DNA of 64,000 bases from an uncultured Acidobacteriota bacterium (GTDB lineage: Bacteria > Acidobacteriota > Terriglobia > UBA7540): positions 32,001-96,000 of the forward strand of contig CAWDSK010000002.1 in the NCBI GenBank assembly GCA_963804995.1. Direction: 5' to 3'. The notes beneath the pieces are model-generated. The model made no database searches and was not told the origin of the DNA. It worked only from the letters and a program-made list of their open reading frames with translations. Of the stretch, positions 27,422 through 37,429 are shown piece by piece; the first letter of the stretch is position 1, and each line of letters starts with the position of its first letter. A program made the translations under genes and the position numbers.

Positions 27422-28567
27422 ATGCGACGGCAAATTCTGATGGCGCTATTACTTGCGGTGGCATTAACCCCCGCATTGAAAGCCGATGAGGCGCACCCCA
27501 TTTTACCCCTGGGGGCTCAAGCGCCGGACTTCTGTTTGCCCGGCATCGACAACAAGACCCATTGCCTGAAGGACTATGCCTCAAGCAACGTCCTGGCGAT
27601 CATCTTCACTTGCAACCACTGCCCAACCGCGCAGCTTTATGAGGATCGTATCAAGAAGTTGGTCGCCGATTACCAGGGCCGCGGCGTGGCCTTTGTGGCG
27701 ATCGAACCCAACATTCCTCTGGCTGTACGGCTTAACGAAATGGGGTATACCGATGTGGGTGATTCGTTCGAGGATATGAAGATTCGTGCCGCTTACCGGC
27801 ACTTCAACTTCCCCTATCTTTACGATGGCGAGACGCAAGGCGTGACGCGCGCCTACGGTCCCAGCGCTACCCCGCACGTCTTCATCTTTGATTCGGAACG
27901 CAAGCTTCGCTACGAGGGGCGTATTGACAATAATCCGCGTGAGCAATTCGTTAAGCAAAAGGACACGCGCAACGCCCTGGACGCATTGCTGGCGGGCAAA
28001 CCCGTGCCCGTCGCGAAGACCCCTTCCTTCGGCTGCTCGACCAAGTGGGCCTCCAAGGAGGAGGGCCGCAAGGCGGAAATGGATGCCATCAAGCAAGAAC
28101 CTGTGACGCTGAAGCTCGCGAGCGCCGACGACCTCAAAGCGCTGCGCAAGAATCCCACGGGCAAGCTTCTGCTGGTGGATTTTTGGGCGACCTGGTGCGG
28201 GCCCTGCGTGAAAGCGCTTCCGGAATTTCAAACCATGTACCGCATGTATCGCCACCGGAAATTTGACGTCATCACGGTCAGCGCCAACTATCCTGACGCC
28301 AAGGCTGGGGTGACCGAGGCCCTGGAGCAAGAACACGCCTCCACCACTAACCTGCTTTTCGGGTCGATGGATATCTATTCGCTGATGGCGGCTTTTGATC
28401 CCGAGTGGAATGGCGCGCTGCCGTACACCGTGCTGATCGAGCCCGACGGCGCGGTCATTTACCGGCACCAGGGTGATGTTGATCCCTTGGAGATTCGCCG
28501 CCTGATTCAGGCCAACCTGCCGGACGACAACTACGTTGGCACCCAGGCGCATTGGCAAGCCCGGTGA
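27422..28567 (+). CDS. Secreted double redoxin/thioredoxin-fold protein
   Basis: Signal peptide; APDFCLPG, TCNHCPTA, GCSTKW; second domain DFWATWCGPC. Confidence 0.88.
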   Translation: MRRQILMALLLAVALTPALKADEAHPILPLGAQAPDFCLPGIDNKTHCLKDYASSNVLAIIFTCNHCPTAQLYEDRIKKLVADYQGRGVAFVAIEPNIPLAVRLNEMGYTDVGDSFEDMKIRAAYRHFNFPYLYDGETQGVTRAYGPSATPHVFIFDSERKLRYEGRIDNNPREQFVKQKDTRNALDALLAGKPVPVAKTPSFGCSTKWASKEEGRKAEMDAIKQEPVTLKLASADDLKALRKNPTGKLLLVDFWATWCGPCVKALPEFQTMYRMYRHRKFDVITVSANYPDAKAGVTEALEQEHASTTNLLFGSMDIYSLMAAFDPEWNGALPYTVLIEPDGAVIYRHQGDVDPLEIRRLIQANLPDDNYVGTQAHWQAR

Positions 28568-29364
28568 GTTCTGTCAAACGACACCTTCGGCTCTTCTTTC
28601 TCTACTTCGCCCAGTACGCGAAAGTGCGCATGGCGTACAAGGCGGACTTCATTATCGCCTTCTTCTCCTCCATGGCGGCCACGGTGCTGGGGTTTGGCTT
28701 CGTGCTGGTGCTGTTCTCCAAGATTCCGCGCTTGCAGGACTGGTCCTTCAACGAAGTGATGTTCCTCTACGGCTTCTCGCTTCTCCCGTTGGGTTTCTTC
28801 AACGTAGTGAGCTGGAATCTCTACGAGTTCGGAGAGCTTTACATCATCGAGGGCCGATTCGACCGAGTCCTGTTGCGGCCCGTCGACACACTGTTCCAAG
28901 TCGTCTTTGAGAAGTTCCGCCTGGAGTCACTCCAAGAGGTCCTGACTGGCCTGGTGGTAGTGGCCATCTGCATTCGCCGATTGCATCTCAGCTTGGGCGC
29001 CGGGGATTACCTTTGGTTCGTGCTCATGGTCGGGTGCGGAGCTGTCATCTATATGGCGGTGTTCTTGATCCTGACGGCGGTCTCCTTCTGGTTTGAAGAC
29101 CGCGTGGGAATTGTCCCGCCGGTTTTCAATATGCTCAATTTTGGCCGCTATCCCCTGACTATTTACAACGTTTTTATCCAATTCCTGCTGAGTTGGATCA
29201 TTCCCTTTGGGTTTGCCTCTTTCTACCCCACCACCCATTTCTTGGGACGGAATTCTTTTGCGACGTACTTCCATCTGGTACCCGGTGTTGCCCTAGGTTT
29301 CTCTGTACTGGCGATTGTAGTGTGGAACCGCGGGGTGGCGAATTACAGCAGCACGGGGACGTAA
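28552..29364 (+). CDS. ABC-2 family permease (DUF990-like)
   Basis: MAYKADF, G.FDRVLLRP, RYPLTIY, C-terminal YSSTG. Confidence 0.88.
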   Translation: MASPVSSVKRHLRLFFLYFAQYAKVRMAYKADFIIAFFSSMAATVLGFGFVLVLFSKIPRLQDWSFNEVMFLYGFSLLPLGFFNVVSWNLYEFGELYIIEGRFDRVLLRPVDTLFQVVFEKFRLESLQEVLTGLVVVAICIRRLHLSLGAGDYLWFVLMVGCGAVIYMAVFLILTAVSFWFEDRVGIVPPVFNMLNFGRYPLTIYNVFIQFLLSWIIPFGFASFYPTTHFLGRNSFATYFHLVPGVALGFSVLAIVVWNRGVANYSSTGT

Positions 29365-29396
29365 GCGGGTTTACGAGCAACAAATCCGATTCATAG

Positions 29397-29465
29397 CCCT
29401 CTCCGAGGGGTCGCAGATCCGCCGCGGCGGGAGAGGGTGCCCGACGTAGGAGGGCGGGTGAGGGG
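29397..29465. repeat. CCCTCTCC/GGGAGAGGG...GGGTGAGGGG palindromic repeat
   Basis: Same family as 8563-8694; lies between convergent genes. Confidence 0.65.
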
Positions 29466-29505
29466 TCACTTCACTGCGCCGGCTGATACCTGAGGTCACA
29501 TCGAC

Positions 29506-30612
29506 TTAAAGCTTCAGCACCTCGTCGTATACCTTGAGCGTCTCTTGAGCAGTACGCCGCCAGGAAAATTCCTGGACTCGCTTCAGCCCTTTGTCCACCA
29601 TGGCGGCGCGCACCTCGGCGTCTTCGACGACTCGCTTCACTTTCCCGGCGATATCCTCAGGCTCGGCAGGATTCACGTACAGGGCTGCGTCGCCACCCAC
29701 TTCCGGAAGTGCGGAGGTGTTCGCAGCCACCACCGGCAGGCCATTTGCCATGGCCTCCAGCACTGGAAGACCAAAGCCCTCCTCAAGCGATGGAAAAAGG
29801 AAAACATCCGCAGCTTGATAGAAAGCCGGCAGCATTTGCGCCTCAACGTGCCCGAAAAGCGCCACACGCGAGTGCAGGCCGTGCTGGCGGATGTACTCGT
29901 GGATGGCTTCGCTTCCATGGCCGTTGCCCCCCACGAGCACAAGCTTGTAGGTTTCAGGCAACGTCTTGAGAGCTTTCAAAACATTGATGATGTTTTTCCG
30001 GGTCTGCAAGACACCCACGTTCAGGATCATGGTCTGCCCGGGACCTACCAGGCGGTCTCGCTCGCGGCGGCGCTCCTCCAGGTTCATTATTCGTGCTGGC
30101 AACTCAACCCCTTCGGCGACTACCCGAATCTTTTCCCGTGCGATTCCCACTTGCAGGACCAGTTGCTCCCCAGTGTAAGTCGATGGAGTGATGATGCGCG
30201 CCGCACGGTGAGCTGCCTGGATCAACAGCGCGGCAAATTTCCGCTGAAACTCCGGCGTCGAATAATCGCGTCCCGTGACCGGGAAAAGGTCGTGGATCGT
30301 TACGATCTCTTTCTTGAAATGGAAGGCAGGAGGCCGCTGCGCCAGGCTGTGAAACAGCTCGGCCTGCCAGGGCAGCCAGAACGTCAACGGTTCCTGAAAT
30401 AGTCGAACGGCAAAGGTGGGCCCGGCCTCTCCGACGCTCCGCGTGCGGAGGAACTGTCGCCGCCGGCTCCAACGCGAGAGCCGGTAACAGATCAAAAATC
30501 GATGCTGAGTATCGAGCTCCGCAAGTGTCTCGACGAGCTTTCGGGAGTAGACAGCGATGCCGGAGGGCTGCGGGTCTACGGTGTAGGTTGCATCCAGCGC
30601 GATTGTCGCCAT
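29506..30612 (-). CDS. Glycosyltransferase family 4 (GT-B)
   Basis: TIHDL, RKNI, FPSLEEGFGLPVLEAMANGLPV, LPEVGGDA. Confidence 0.92.
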   Translation of the reverse strand: MATIALDATYTVDPQPSGIAVYSRKLVETLAELDTQHRFLICYRLSRWSRRRQFLRTRSVGEAGPTFAVRLFQEPLTFWLPWQAELFHSLAQRPPAFHFKKEIVTIHDLFPVTGRDYSTPEFQRKFAALLIQAAHRAARIITPSTYTGEQLVLQVGIAREKIRVVAEGVELPARIMNLEERRRERDRLVGPGQTMILNVGVLQTRKNIINVLKALKTLPETYKLVLVGGNGHGSEAIHEYIRQHGLHSRVALFGHVEAQMLPAFYQAADVFLFPSLEEGFGLPVLEAMANGLPVVAANTSALPEVGGDAALYVNPAEPEDIAGKVKRVVEDAEVRAAMVDKGLKRVQEFSWRRTAQETLKVYDEVLKL

Positions 30613-30834
30613 CGTTAGGATGACCTCTGGGGTTCAAGCTCTGGAAGTCGCCAATGAATCCTAGCGTGAAAACGCCGCGATGTCGAACCTCGATCGTTAA
30701 GCGAACGAGCCCACGTCGATTTGAAATTCATTTCCCAACCACGCCGGTTCTTCACAGCTTGCGGCTATTCTTACCTCTGTGTTAACTTCGTAGGTTTAAG
30801 GGTTCGAAGGATTTCCGGGTGAGCAGAGGTAAGG

Positions 30835-31395
30835 ATGATTCTTACCCTAGCGGGGCGCGCGCCGCGCATCGCCACGACGGCCTATATCGCCCCCAGCGCC
30901 GATGTCATCGGTAACGTCGAAATCGGCGAGAGCTCTAGTGTGTGGTTCCAATGCGTACTCCGCGGGGATATTGAGCCCATCCGTATCGGTGCGAACAGTA
31001 ATATCCAGGACGGGAGCGTTGTCCATACTCGGAAGGGCGCGCCGGTAGTCGTGGGAGATTGGGTCACCGTCGGTCATCGCGTGGTGCTGCACGGGTGCAC
31101 GGTTGAGAATCACTGTTTGATCGGAATGGGTGCGGTGGTGCTCAATCATGTGCATGTGGGTGAAGGCTCGATTGTAGCTGCCGGCGCCGTGGTGGCTGAG
31201 AAGACGGTGATCCCACCGCACAGTCTCTACATGGGCGTGCCCGCCAAGCGCCGGCGCGGGTTGGCCAAGACCGAACAAGTTTTTATTGATATGCATGCTG
31301 TTAACTATTTGCGGCACTCAGGTAACTATCTGACGAATGCGGCTGAGGTGCTCCCGGCTGACCCGGACGGCCCAAGAAAGCCAGGGAATTCTTAG
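30835..31395 (+). CDS. Gamma-carbonic anhydrase family protein (YrdA-like)
   Basis: Hexapeptide repeats, LRGD, NIQDG.VVH, VGH.VVLHGC, GVPAK. Confidence 0.92.
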   Translation: MILTLAGRAPRIATTAYIAPSADVIGNVEIGESSSVWFQCVLRGDIEPIRIGANSNIQDGSVVHTRKGAPVVVGDWVTVGHRVVLHGCTVENHCLIGMGAVVLNHVHVGEGSIVAAGAVVAEKTVIPPHSLYMGVPAKRRRGLAKTEQVFIDMHAVNYLRHSGNYLTNAAEVLPADPDGPRKPGNS

Positions 31396-31426
31396 GTCTA
31401 CACTGTAAGCTGCAGTTATCAACCCC

Positions 31427-32698
31427 ATGTCAAACAGGGTCGAACCAATCCGTTCTGTGAAGGGGACGCGCGACCTCATGCCCCCCGACACCCATCTCTG
31501 GCAGCAGGTTGAGGCCGAGGCCCATCGGGTGTTTGCCGCGTATCACTACGGCGAAATCCGTACGCCAATCTTGGAAGAGACGGCGCTCTTCGCGCGGGGC
31601 GTGGGAACTGACACGGACATTGTTATGAAGGAGATGTACACCTTCCGTGACCGCGACGAGGAAACGCTTACGCTGCGCCCGGAAGCCACGGCTTCCGTGG
31701 TACGCGCCTACATCGAGCATACCCTCTATAACCAAGGTGGGATTCACAAGCTTTACTACCTTGGTCCCATGTTCCGCCGCGAGCGCCCGCAGAAGGGACG
31801 CTACCGCCAGTTCTACCAGATCGGCGCGGAGGTTCTGGGATCCCAAAACCCGCTCGTTGACGTTGAGGTTCTGGAGATGCTCGTCCTGTTCCTGGAGCGC
31901 GTGGGCATTCGCGAGTATCAACTCCTGCTCAATTCCGTGGGCTGCCCCAAGTGCCGCGCCGCGTACCTGGACGTGTTGCGGCAGGCGCTCCAAGAGGTTA
32001 AGGGCACGATGTGCGCGGATTGCCAACGGCGCGCCGACTCGAATCCGCTCCGGGTGCTCAACTGCAAAGTCGAGGCGGACCAACCCATCATCGAGAAGCT
32101 ACCCAAGATCATCGACCATCTCGATGCGGATTGCCGCGCGCATTTCGACCGCGTCACGAGTGAACTAGAGGTGCGTGGACTCGCCTACCAACTCTCGCCG
32201 CGCCTCGTGCGGGGGCTTGACTACTACACCCGCACGACGTTTGAAATTACCAGCGGGGCTCTGGGGGCGCAGAACGCGGTGGTCGGAGGCGGCCGCTACG
32301 ACGGGCTTTCTGAGATGTTGGGCGGTCCGCCCACGCCAGGCATCGGTTTTTCGATTGGCCAGGACCGTTTGATTCTGGCCGTGCAGGCGGCTGCCACGCT
32401 CAAGCCTGCGACCGCGCTGGCAGCTTACGTTGTTTGGATGGGCGATGCCGCGCTCGGCGTTGCCGCGCGCCTGGTCCGGGAATTACGCGTGCAGGGTGTG
32501 AGCACGGAGATCGATTACGACCCCATAAAGATCAAGAAGGCCATGGGAGTCGCCAACAAACTCCAGGCCCGCTTCGCGATCATTATTGGCGACGGCGAGC
32601 TCTTGAGCGGCAAGTACCAAGTGAAGGATATGGCAAGCGGAGAGCAAACGGAGCTGGAGCCCGGCGCTATTGCAGAGTATGTAAGGCAGAAATGCTGA
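31427..32698 (+). CDS. hisS: Histidine--tRNA ligase
   Basis: LRPEAT, FRRERPQKGRYRQFYQ, LVRGLDYY, GGGRYDGL. Confidence 0.97.
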   Translation: MSNRVEPIRSVKGTRDLMPPDTHLWQQVEAEAHRVFAAYHYGEIRTPILEETALFARGVGTDTDIVMKEMYTFRDRDEETLTLRPEATASVVRAYIEHTLYNQGGIHKLYYLGPMFRRERPQKGRYRQFYQIGAEVLGSQNPLVDVEVLEMLVLFLERVGIREYQLLLNSVGCPKCRAAYLDVLRQALQEVKGTMCADCQRRADSNPLRVLNCKVEADQPIIEKLPKIIDHLDADCRAHFDRVTSELEVRGLAYQLSPRLVRGLDYYTRTTFEITSGALGAQNAVVGGGRYDGLSEMLGGPPTPGIGFSIGQDRLILAVQAAATLKPATALAAYVVWMGDAALGVAARLVRELRVQGVSTEIDYDPIKIKKAMGVANKLQARFAIIIGDGELLSGKYQVKDMASGEQTELEPGAIAEYVRQKC

Positions 32699-32787
32699 AT
32701 TATGAATTCTGAAAATAAGAGTTGCAGTCCAGGTCGCATGATGAGCTCTGTTCTTAATTCATAATTCAGAATTCATAATTCGTAATT
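32697..32787. repeat. Inverted heptamer arrays (GAATTAT/ATAATTC type)
   Basis: gaattat gaattct ... taattc ataattc agaattc ataattc gtaattc. Confidence 0.7.
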
Positions 32788-32796
32788 CCCTTTACG

Positions 32797-34590
32797 GTGG
32801 TGAGTGTGAAATTAGACCTGCTTGGTGATCGGCAAAGAACGCATTACTGCGGCGAGATTCGCAAGGCCCACGCGGGCCAGACTGTTTTCCTGGCGGGCTG
32901 GGTGGACGTCCGGCGCGACCTCGGCAACCTGATTTTTCTCGATCTGCGCGACCACACGGGCCGGGCCCAGATCGTGTGCAATCCCTCGGTGAGCACGGAG
33001 GTGCACGACCGGGCGGAGGAAGTGCGCCCTGAATATGTCGTCGGCGTAGAGGGGGAAGTGGTCGTGCGGGCGGCAGACACGGTCAACCCTCAGCTCGCGA
33101 CCGGCGAAGTGGAAGTCATGGCGCACCGTCTGCTGGTATTGAATGAGGCAAAGACGCCGCCCTTCCCGATCGAGGATGAGACGAAAACCAGCGAAGAGAC
33201 TCGCCTGCGTTATCGCTATCTCGATCTGCGCCGCGGCCGCATGCAACGCAACTTGCGCCTGCGCCATCAGGCGAGCCAAGTGGTGCGCGCGCACTTTGGC
33301 GACCACGGCTTCCAGGAAATCGAAACCCCTTTCATGACCCGCTCCACACCGGAGGGCGCGCGGGACTACCTGGTCCCCAGTCGCCTCCACCACGGTTACT
33401 TTTACGCGCTGCCGCAATCGCCCCAACTTTTCAAACAGATTCTGATGATTGGCGGATTCGACCGCTATTACCAGATCGTGCGCTGCTTCCGCGATGAAGA
33501 CTTGCGCGCCGACCGGCAGCCGGAATTCACCCAAATCGATATCGAAATGGCGTTCCCGCAACGCGATGTGTTGTTCGACATCATCGAACGCCTGATGGAA
33601 AAGCTCTTCGCGATGGTGGACGTCAAAGTGAAACGGCCCTTCCGCCGCATGGCGTATGACGAGGCGATGGAGAAGTACGGCTCTGACAAACCGCACCTGG
33701 GTACGGCGCTCGAATGGAAACGCGTCAGCCTCGCGCCCGAAGCGGCCAACACCGTGCATGTCACCCAGCCGCTCAAGGCCATGCGCGTGCCGGGGTGGGG
33801 TGATGCTTCCCGCAGTCAGCTCAACAAATTGCAGGAAACGGCCAAATCCCTGGGCGCGGATTGGTTTTCCTACATCAAGGTGGCCAGCTCAGGGGCGCAG
33901 TCGCCGCTCACTAAAGCGCTGGGCGAACCCTCTGTGGCGGCGCTCGCAGCATCGCTCGAAGCCCAGCCTGGCGATTTGGTTCTGCTGCTGGGTATCAAGT
34001 CGGCGGCCGGCCGGGGCGCGTTGCAGATGCTCGATTCTGCCTCAGGTGAATTGCGCCTAGATATCGCCCGCAAGCTCAACCTGCTCAAAGGCAGCGCCTG
34101 GAATTTTCTCTGGGTGGTGGATTTCCCGATGTTCGATTACGACGAAAAGGGAAATCGCTTTGCGGCCATGCACCATCCCTTCACGTCGCCGCGCGAAGAG
34201 GATTTGGAAAAGCTGGAAACTGATCCCGGGACGGTAAAAGCCCGCGCGTACGACTTGGTACTGAACGGCTCGGAGATCGGCGGTGGCTCGATTCGTATTC
34301 ATCGCCAGGATATCCAGCGCCGCGTTTTTAGCGTTCTGGGTCTGACTGAGGAGCAGGCGCGGGAGCGTTTCGGATTCTTCCTAGAGGCCCTCGAATACGG
34401 CACGCCACCCCACGGTGGTATCGCGCTCGGATGGGATCGCATCAATGCCCTGATGGCAGGAGAGTCCAACATCCGCGAGGTGATTGCCTTCCCCAAAACC
34501 GCCAGCGCCGTGGATCTGATGTGCGACTCGCCGGCCGGTGTGGACCAAGAGCAACTTGATGAACTGGGGCTGGAGATTAAAAAGGATTGA
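32797..34590 (+). CDS. aspS: Aspartate--tRNA ligase
   Basis: RTHYCG, STPEGARDYLVPSR, LPQSPQLFKQ, FRDEDLRADRQPEFTQ, PPHGGIA. Confidence 0.97.
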   Translation: MVSVKLDLLGDRQRTHYCGEIRKAHAGQTVFLAGWVDVRRDLGNLIFLDLRDHTGRAQIVCNPSVSTEVHDRAEEVRPEYVVGVEGEVVVRAADTVNPQLATGEVEVMAHRLLVLNEAKTPPFPIEDETKTSEETRLRYRYLDLRRGRMQRNLRLRHQASQVVRAHFGDHGFQEIETPFMTRSTPEGARDYLVPSRLHHGYFYALPQSPQLFKQILMIGGFDRYYQIVRCFRDEDLRADRQPEFTQIDIEMAFPQRDVLFDIIERLMEKLFAMVDVKVKRPFRRMAYDEAMEKYGSDKPHLGTALEWKRVSLAPEAANTVHVTQPLKAMRVPGWGDASRSQLNKLQETAKSLGADWFSYIKVASSGAQSPLTKALGEPSVAALAASLEAQPGDLVLLLGIKSAAGRGALQMLDSASGELRLDIARKLNLLKGSAWNFLWVVDFPMFDYDEKGNRFAAMHHPFTSPREEDLEKLETDPGTVKARAYDLVLNGSEIGGGSIRIHRQDIQRRVFSVLGLTEEQARERFGFFLEALEYGTPPHGGIALGWDRINALMAGESNIREVIAFPKTASAVDLMCDSPAGVDQEQLDELGLEIKKD

Positions 34591-34685
34591 CGATTGTCGA
34601 TTGATGATTGTTGATCGAAAGCACGCCTTCCAGGGCAGAAATGAAGAATCGGCAATCGACATTCGTCAATCGTCAATCGACAATC
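34585..34685. repeat. Inverted heptamer arrays (GATTGNC/AATCGNC type)
   Basis: gattgac gattgtc gattgat gattgtt ... aatcggc aatcgac attcgtc aatcgtc aatcgac; same family at 49671-49817. Confidence 0.75.
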
Positions 34686-34689
34686 CCAT

Positions 34690-36636
34690 ATGTCCATTAT
34701 CCGCATCCTTCCTGAAGCAGTCGCCAATAAAATCGCCGCTGGCGAGGTGGTGGAGCGCCCTGCGTCGGTGGTGAAGGAGTTGCTTGAGAACTCGCTTGAT
34801 GCGAGCGCGCGCCGCGCGGAAATTTCCGTGGAGGGCGGGGGCAAGCGCCTGATCCGCATCGTCGATGACGGGCAAGGGATGACTCACGACAACGCGCTGC
34901 TGGCCTTTGAGCGCCACGCAACGAGCAAGATTCGCACTGCGGAAGATCTGTTTGAGATTTCGACGCTGGGATTCCGCGGCGAAGCTTTGCCCTCGATTGC
35001 CGCGGTCTCGCGGCTGGTGCTTGAAACCCGGCACGCGTCAGAAAGTTTCGGGACACGCGTGGAATTCGCGGGGGGCAAGCTGCGCGACGTGAAAGAGGTG
35101 GCGTGGCCACAGGGATCGAGCCTGGAGGTGCGCGACCTGTTCTACAACACTCCGGCGCGCCGCAAATTCCTGAAGTCTGAGTCCACTGAACTCGGCCACA
35201 TCGCCACGTTGGTCACTCACTACGCCCTGGCTCACCCCGAAAAAGGATTCCGCCTGAGCTCCCTTACCAATCAAATCCTCAATGTCACGCCGGTCGCGAG
35301 CCATCGCGAGCGCCTGTATCAGGTGATGGGCGGGCAAACCCTGGAGCAGCTTTTGGAAATGGCGCCGGTGGAGCGCCGGATTCTAACCCAGCCCCTGCCG
35401 GGAATGGACGAAGAAGACGAATCCGCCGGGGAAGCGCCTCTCATCCGCGTCCATGGTTTTGTTTCCCGGCCGGAGGTACAGAAGCTCAACCGCAACAATG
35501 TTTATTTCTTTGTAAACAGGCGGCTGGTGCGCGATCGCCTGATTTTGCACGCCATCACGGAGGCTTATCGAAACATTCTGCCGGCCGGCGTTTTCCCCGT
35601 GGCCCTCATTTTCCTTGAGCTTCCCCCTACGGAAGTGGATGTGAACGTCCACCCCTCGAAGATTGAGGTGCGCTTTCGTCATGGGAATTTCATGCACGAC
35701 CTGGTGCGCGACTCGATTCGGCAGACGCTACTCGCGACCCGCCCCGTCGCCTCGTTCCCAACTTCAAGGTCCCCGATGCCCGCGGGTCTGGCCGTGGAAG
35801 CGGCGGACGTCGCCGAAAAGCTGGCGGAAGAGCCGCCCCTCATGCAAGGAACGATGGCGCCGGCCGCCGGGGGCCGGCCTCCCGCGCGGCGGCCGGGAGG
35901 GGATTTTCATCTTTCCGCCCCTCGTGCCCAGCCCTATGCGCCGCGGCTGCCACTTGATTCCGCGCTTGCACCGTACATGCCGGTGACGCCCTCCGCGCCC
36001 CTGCCTTTCGAGTCGGCGCCAGGGGACGCAGCTCCCAGCCTAACGCCGCGCGAGTTGCCCCTCGATCTCCAACCACTGGGGCAGGTGCAGGAAAGTTTCA
36101 TCGTTGCGGTCAATTCCGAGGGCCTTTGGATTGTCGACCAGCACGCCGCGCACGAGCGCGTGCTCTTCGACTACCACGTGCGGCGGCGGCAGGAAAAGAA
36201 AGTCGAAGTGCAGCGCCTGCTCATGCCCATCATCGTGGAGCTGAAGCCTGAGCAGCAGGTGACCTATCAGGGCATTGCTGATGAGCTGATCGCCAATGGT
36301 TTCGAAGTCGAGCCCTTTGGCCAGCGCACCGTGGCCATCAAGACGGCGCCCGCAGATATTCCCACTGAGGAAGTCGAACAACTGATGATCGAAATCCTGG
36401 ATGGAGCGAGCCAGGAGGGAGCGGCGATTTCCTTGGAGGTTCTGCGGTCCAGGATTGCGGCTTCAATTTCCTGCCACGCCGCCATCAAGGTGAACATGGC
36501 GCTTGAGCGCGGCAAGATGGATTGGCTATTGCAGGCGCTGGGCCGCACCGACTGTCCGATGACCTGCCCGCACGGCCGGCCCACTGTGCTGCGGTACGGG
36601 ACGAAGGATTTGATGAAGGCGTTCAAGCGAATTTAG
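34690..36636 (+). CDS. mutL: DNA mismatch repair endonuclease MutL
   Basis: IAAGEVVERPASVVKELLENSLDA, GFRGEAL, DVNVHP, DQHAAHER, CPHGRP. Confidence 0.97.
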   Translation: MSIIRILPEAVANKIAAGEVVERPASVVKELLENSLDASARRAEISVEGGGKRLIRIVDDGQGMTHDNALLAFERHATSKIRTAEDLFEISTLGFRGEALPSIAAVSRLVLETRHASESFGTRVEFAGGKLRDVKEVAWPQGSSLEVRDLFYNTPARRKFLKSESTELGHIATLVTHYALAHPEKGFRLSSLTNQILNVTPVASHRERLYQVMGGQTLEQLLEMAPVERRILTQPLPGMDEEDESAGEAPLIRVHGFVSRPEVQKLNRNNVYFFVNRRLVRDRLILHAITEAYRNILPAGVFPVALIFLELPPTEVDVNVHPSKIEVRFRHGNFMHDLVRDSIRQTLLATRPVASFPTSRSPMPAGLAVEAADVAEKLAEEPPLMQGTMAPAAGGRPPARRPGGDFHLSAPRAQPYAPRLPLDSALAPYMPVTPSAPLPFESAPGDAAPSLTPRELPLDLQPLGQVQESFIVAVNSEGLWIVDQHAAHERVLFDYHVRRRQEKKVEVQRLLMPIIVELKPEQQVTYQGIADELIANGFEVEPFGQRTVAIKTAPADIPTEEVEQLMIEILDGASQEGAAISLEVLRSRIAASISCHAAIKVNMALERGKMDWLLQALGRTDCPMTCPHGRPTVLRYGTKDLMKAFKRI

Positions 36637-36785
36637 CTATTAGCTTTCAGCTATCAGCGTTCAGCTGTCAGATTAGGCAAGTATTCGTTGTCCGTGGTCT
36701 GCGGCCGGGTATTGCCGAAGAGCCAAAATCGAGGCGGGTTTCGAATATCGATTTTCGCAACCCGGACAAGCGACGATTCTGATCC

Positions 36786-36914
36786 ATGACTCGCCCCCTG
36801 GTCATCACCATTGACGGCCCCGCCGGAGCGGGCAAGAGCACGGTGGCGCTGACTCGGAGCAAGAACGCGGACCGCGCCTGCTTGTCGCTGCACGGACCGA
36901 TGGCAGTAGGCTGA
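36786..36914 (+). pseudogene. cmk: N-terminal fragment of cytidylate kinase
   Basis: Hand translation MTRPLVITIDGPAGAGKSTVA, then unrelated sequence and TGA after 42 aa. Confidence 0.7.
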
Positions 36915-37291
36915 TGGGAGTTGCTGGAATGGGAGCACTGTCGAACCAATCCGACTGGAACTGGCCTGAGGCGCTGGACGCGTTGACTGCCGCGCCGCAG
37001 TATCACCTGCTGCTTTTCGAGAATGAACAGGTGCGCGTGCTCGATACCAGGGTTCCGCCGGGACACACGGTTCCGGCCCATACGCATCGCTGGCCAAGCG
37101 TTCCGTACATCATGAGTTGGAGTGATTTCGTGCGCCGCGACGGTGAAGGAAACATTGTCATGGACAGTCGCGGACTGGCGAAGGTTCCCCCGGAGAGCGC
37201 CCTCTGGTCAGGGCCGCTTCCACCGCATTCGCTTGAAAATGTGGGCGAAGCAGAGCTCCGCGCGATCAGTGTGGAGCTGAAGAAGCCCTGA
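36914..37291 (+). CDS. Cupin-like small protein
   Basis: [30 protein letters not shown]; start probably 36929. Confidence 0.8.
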   Translation: MGVAGMGALSNQSDWNWPEALDALTAAPQYHLLLFENEQVRVLDTRVPPGHTVPAHTHRWPSVPYIMSWSDFVRRDGEGNIVMDSRGLAKVPPESALWSGPLPPHSLENVGEAELRAISVELKKP

Positions 37292-37429
37292 TTCCCGGGA
37301 CGTTGCCTTGAGCTGGGATAGGGTCGCTCCTTTGGAGCTCAGGACAACAACAGATGACTCAGGGCGACAGCGTTGGAGCGCGTCTCAACAGCCTGACAAC
37401 CCCGAACCCCTGATCCCTAATCCCGGCTC

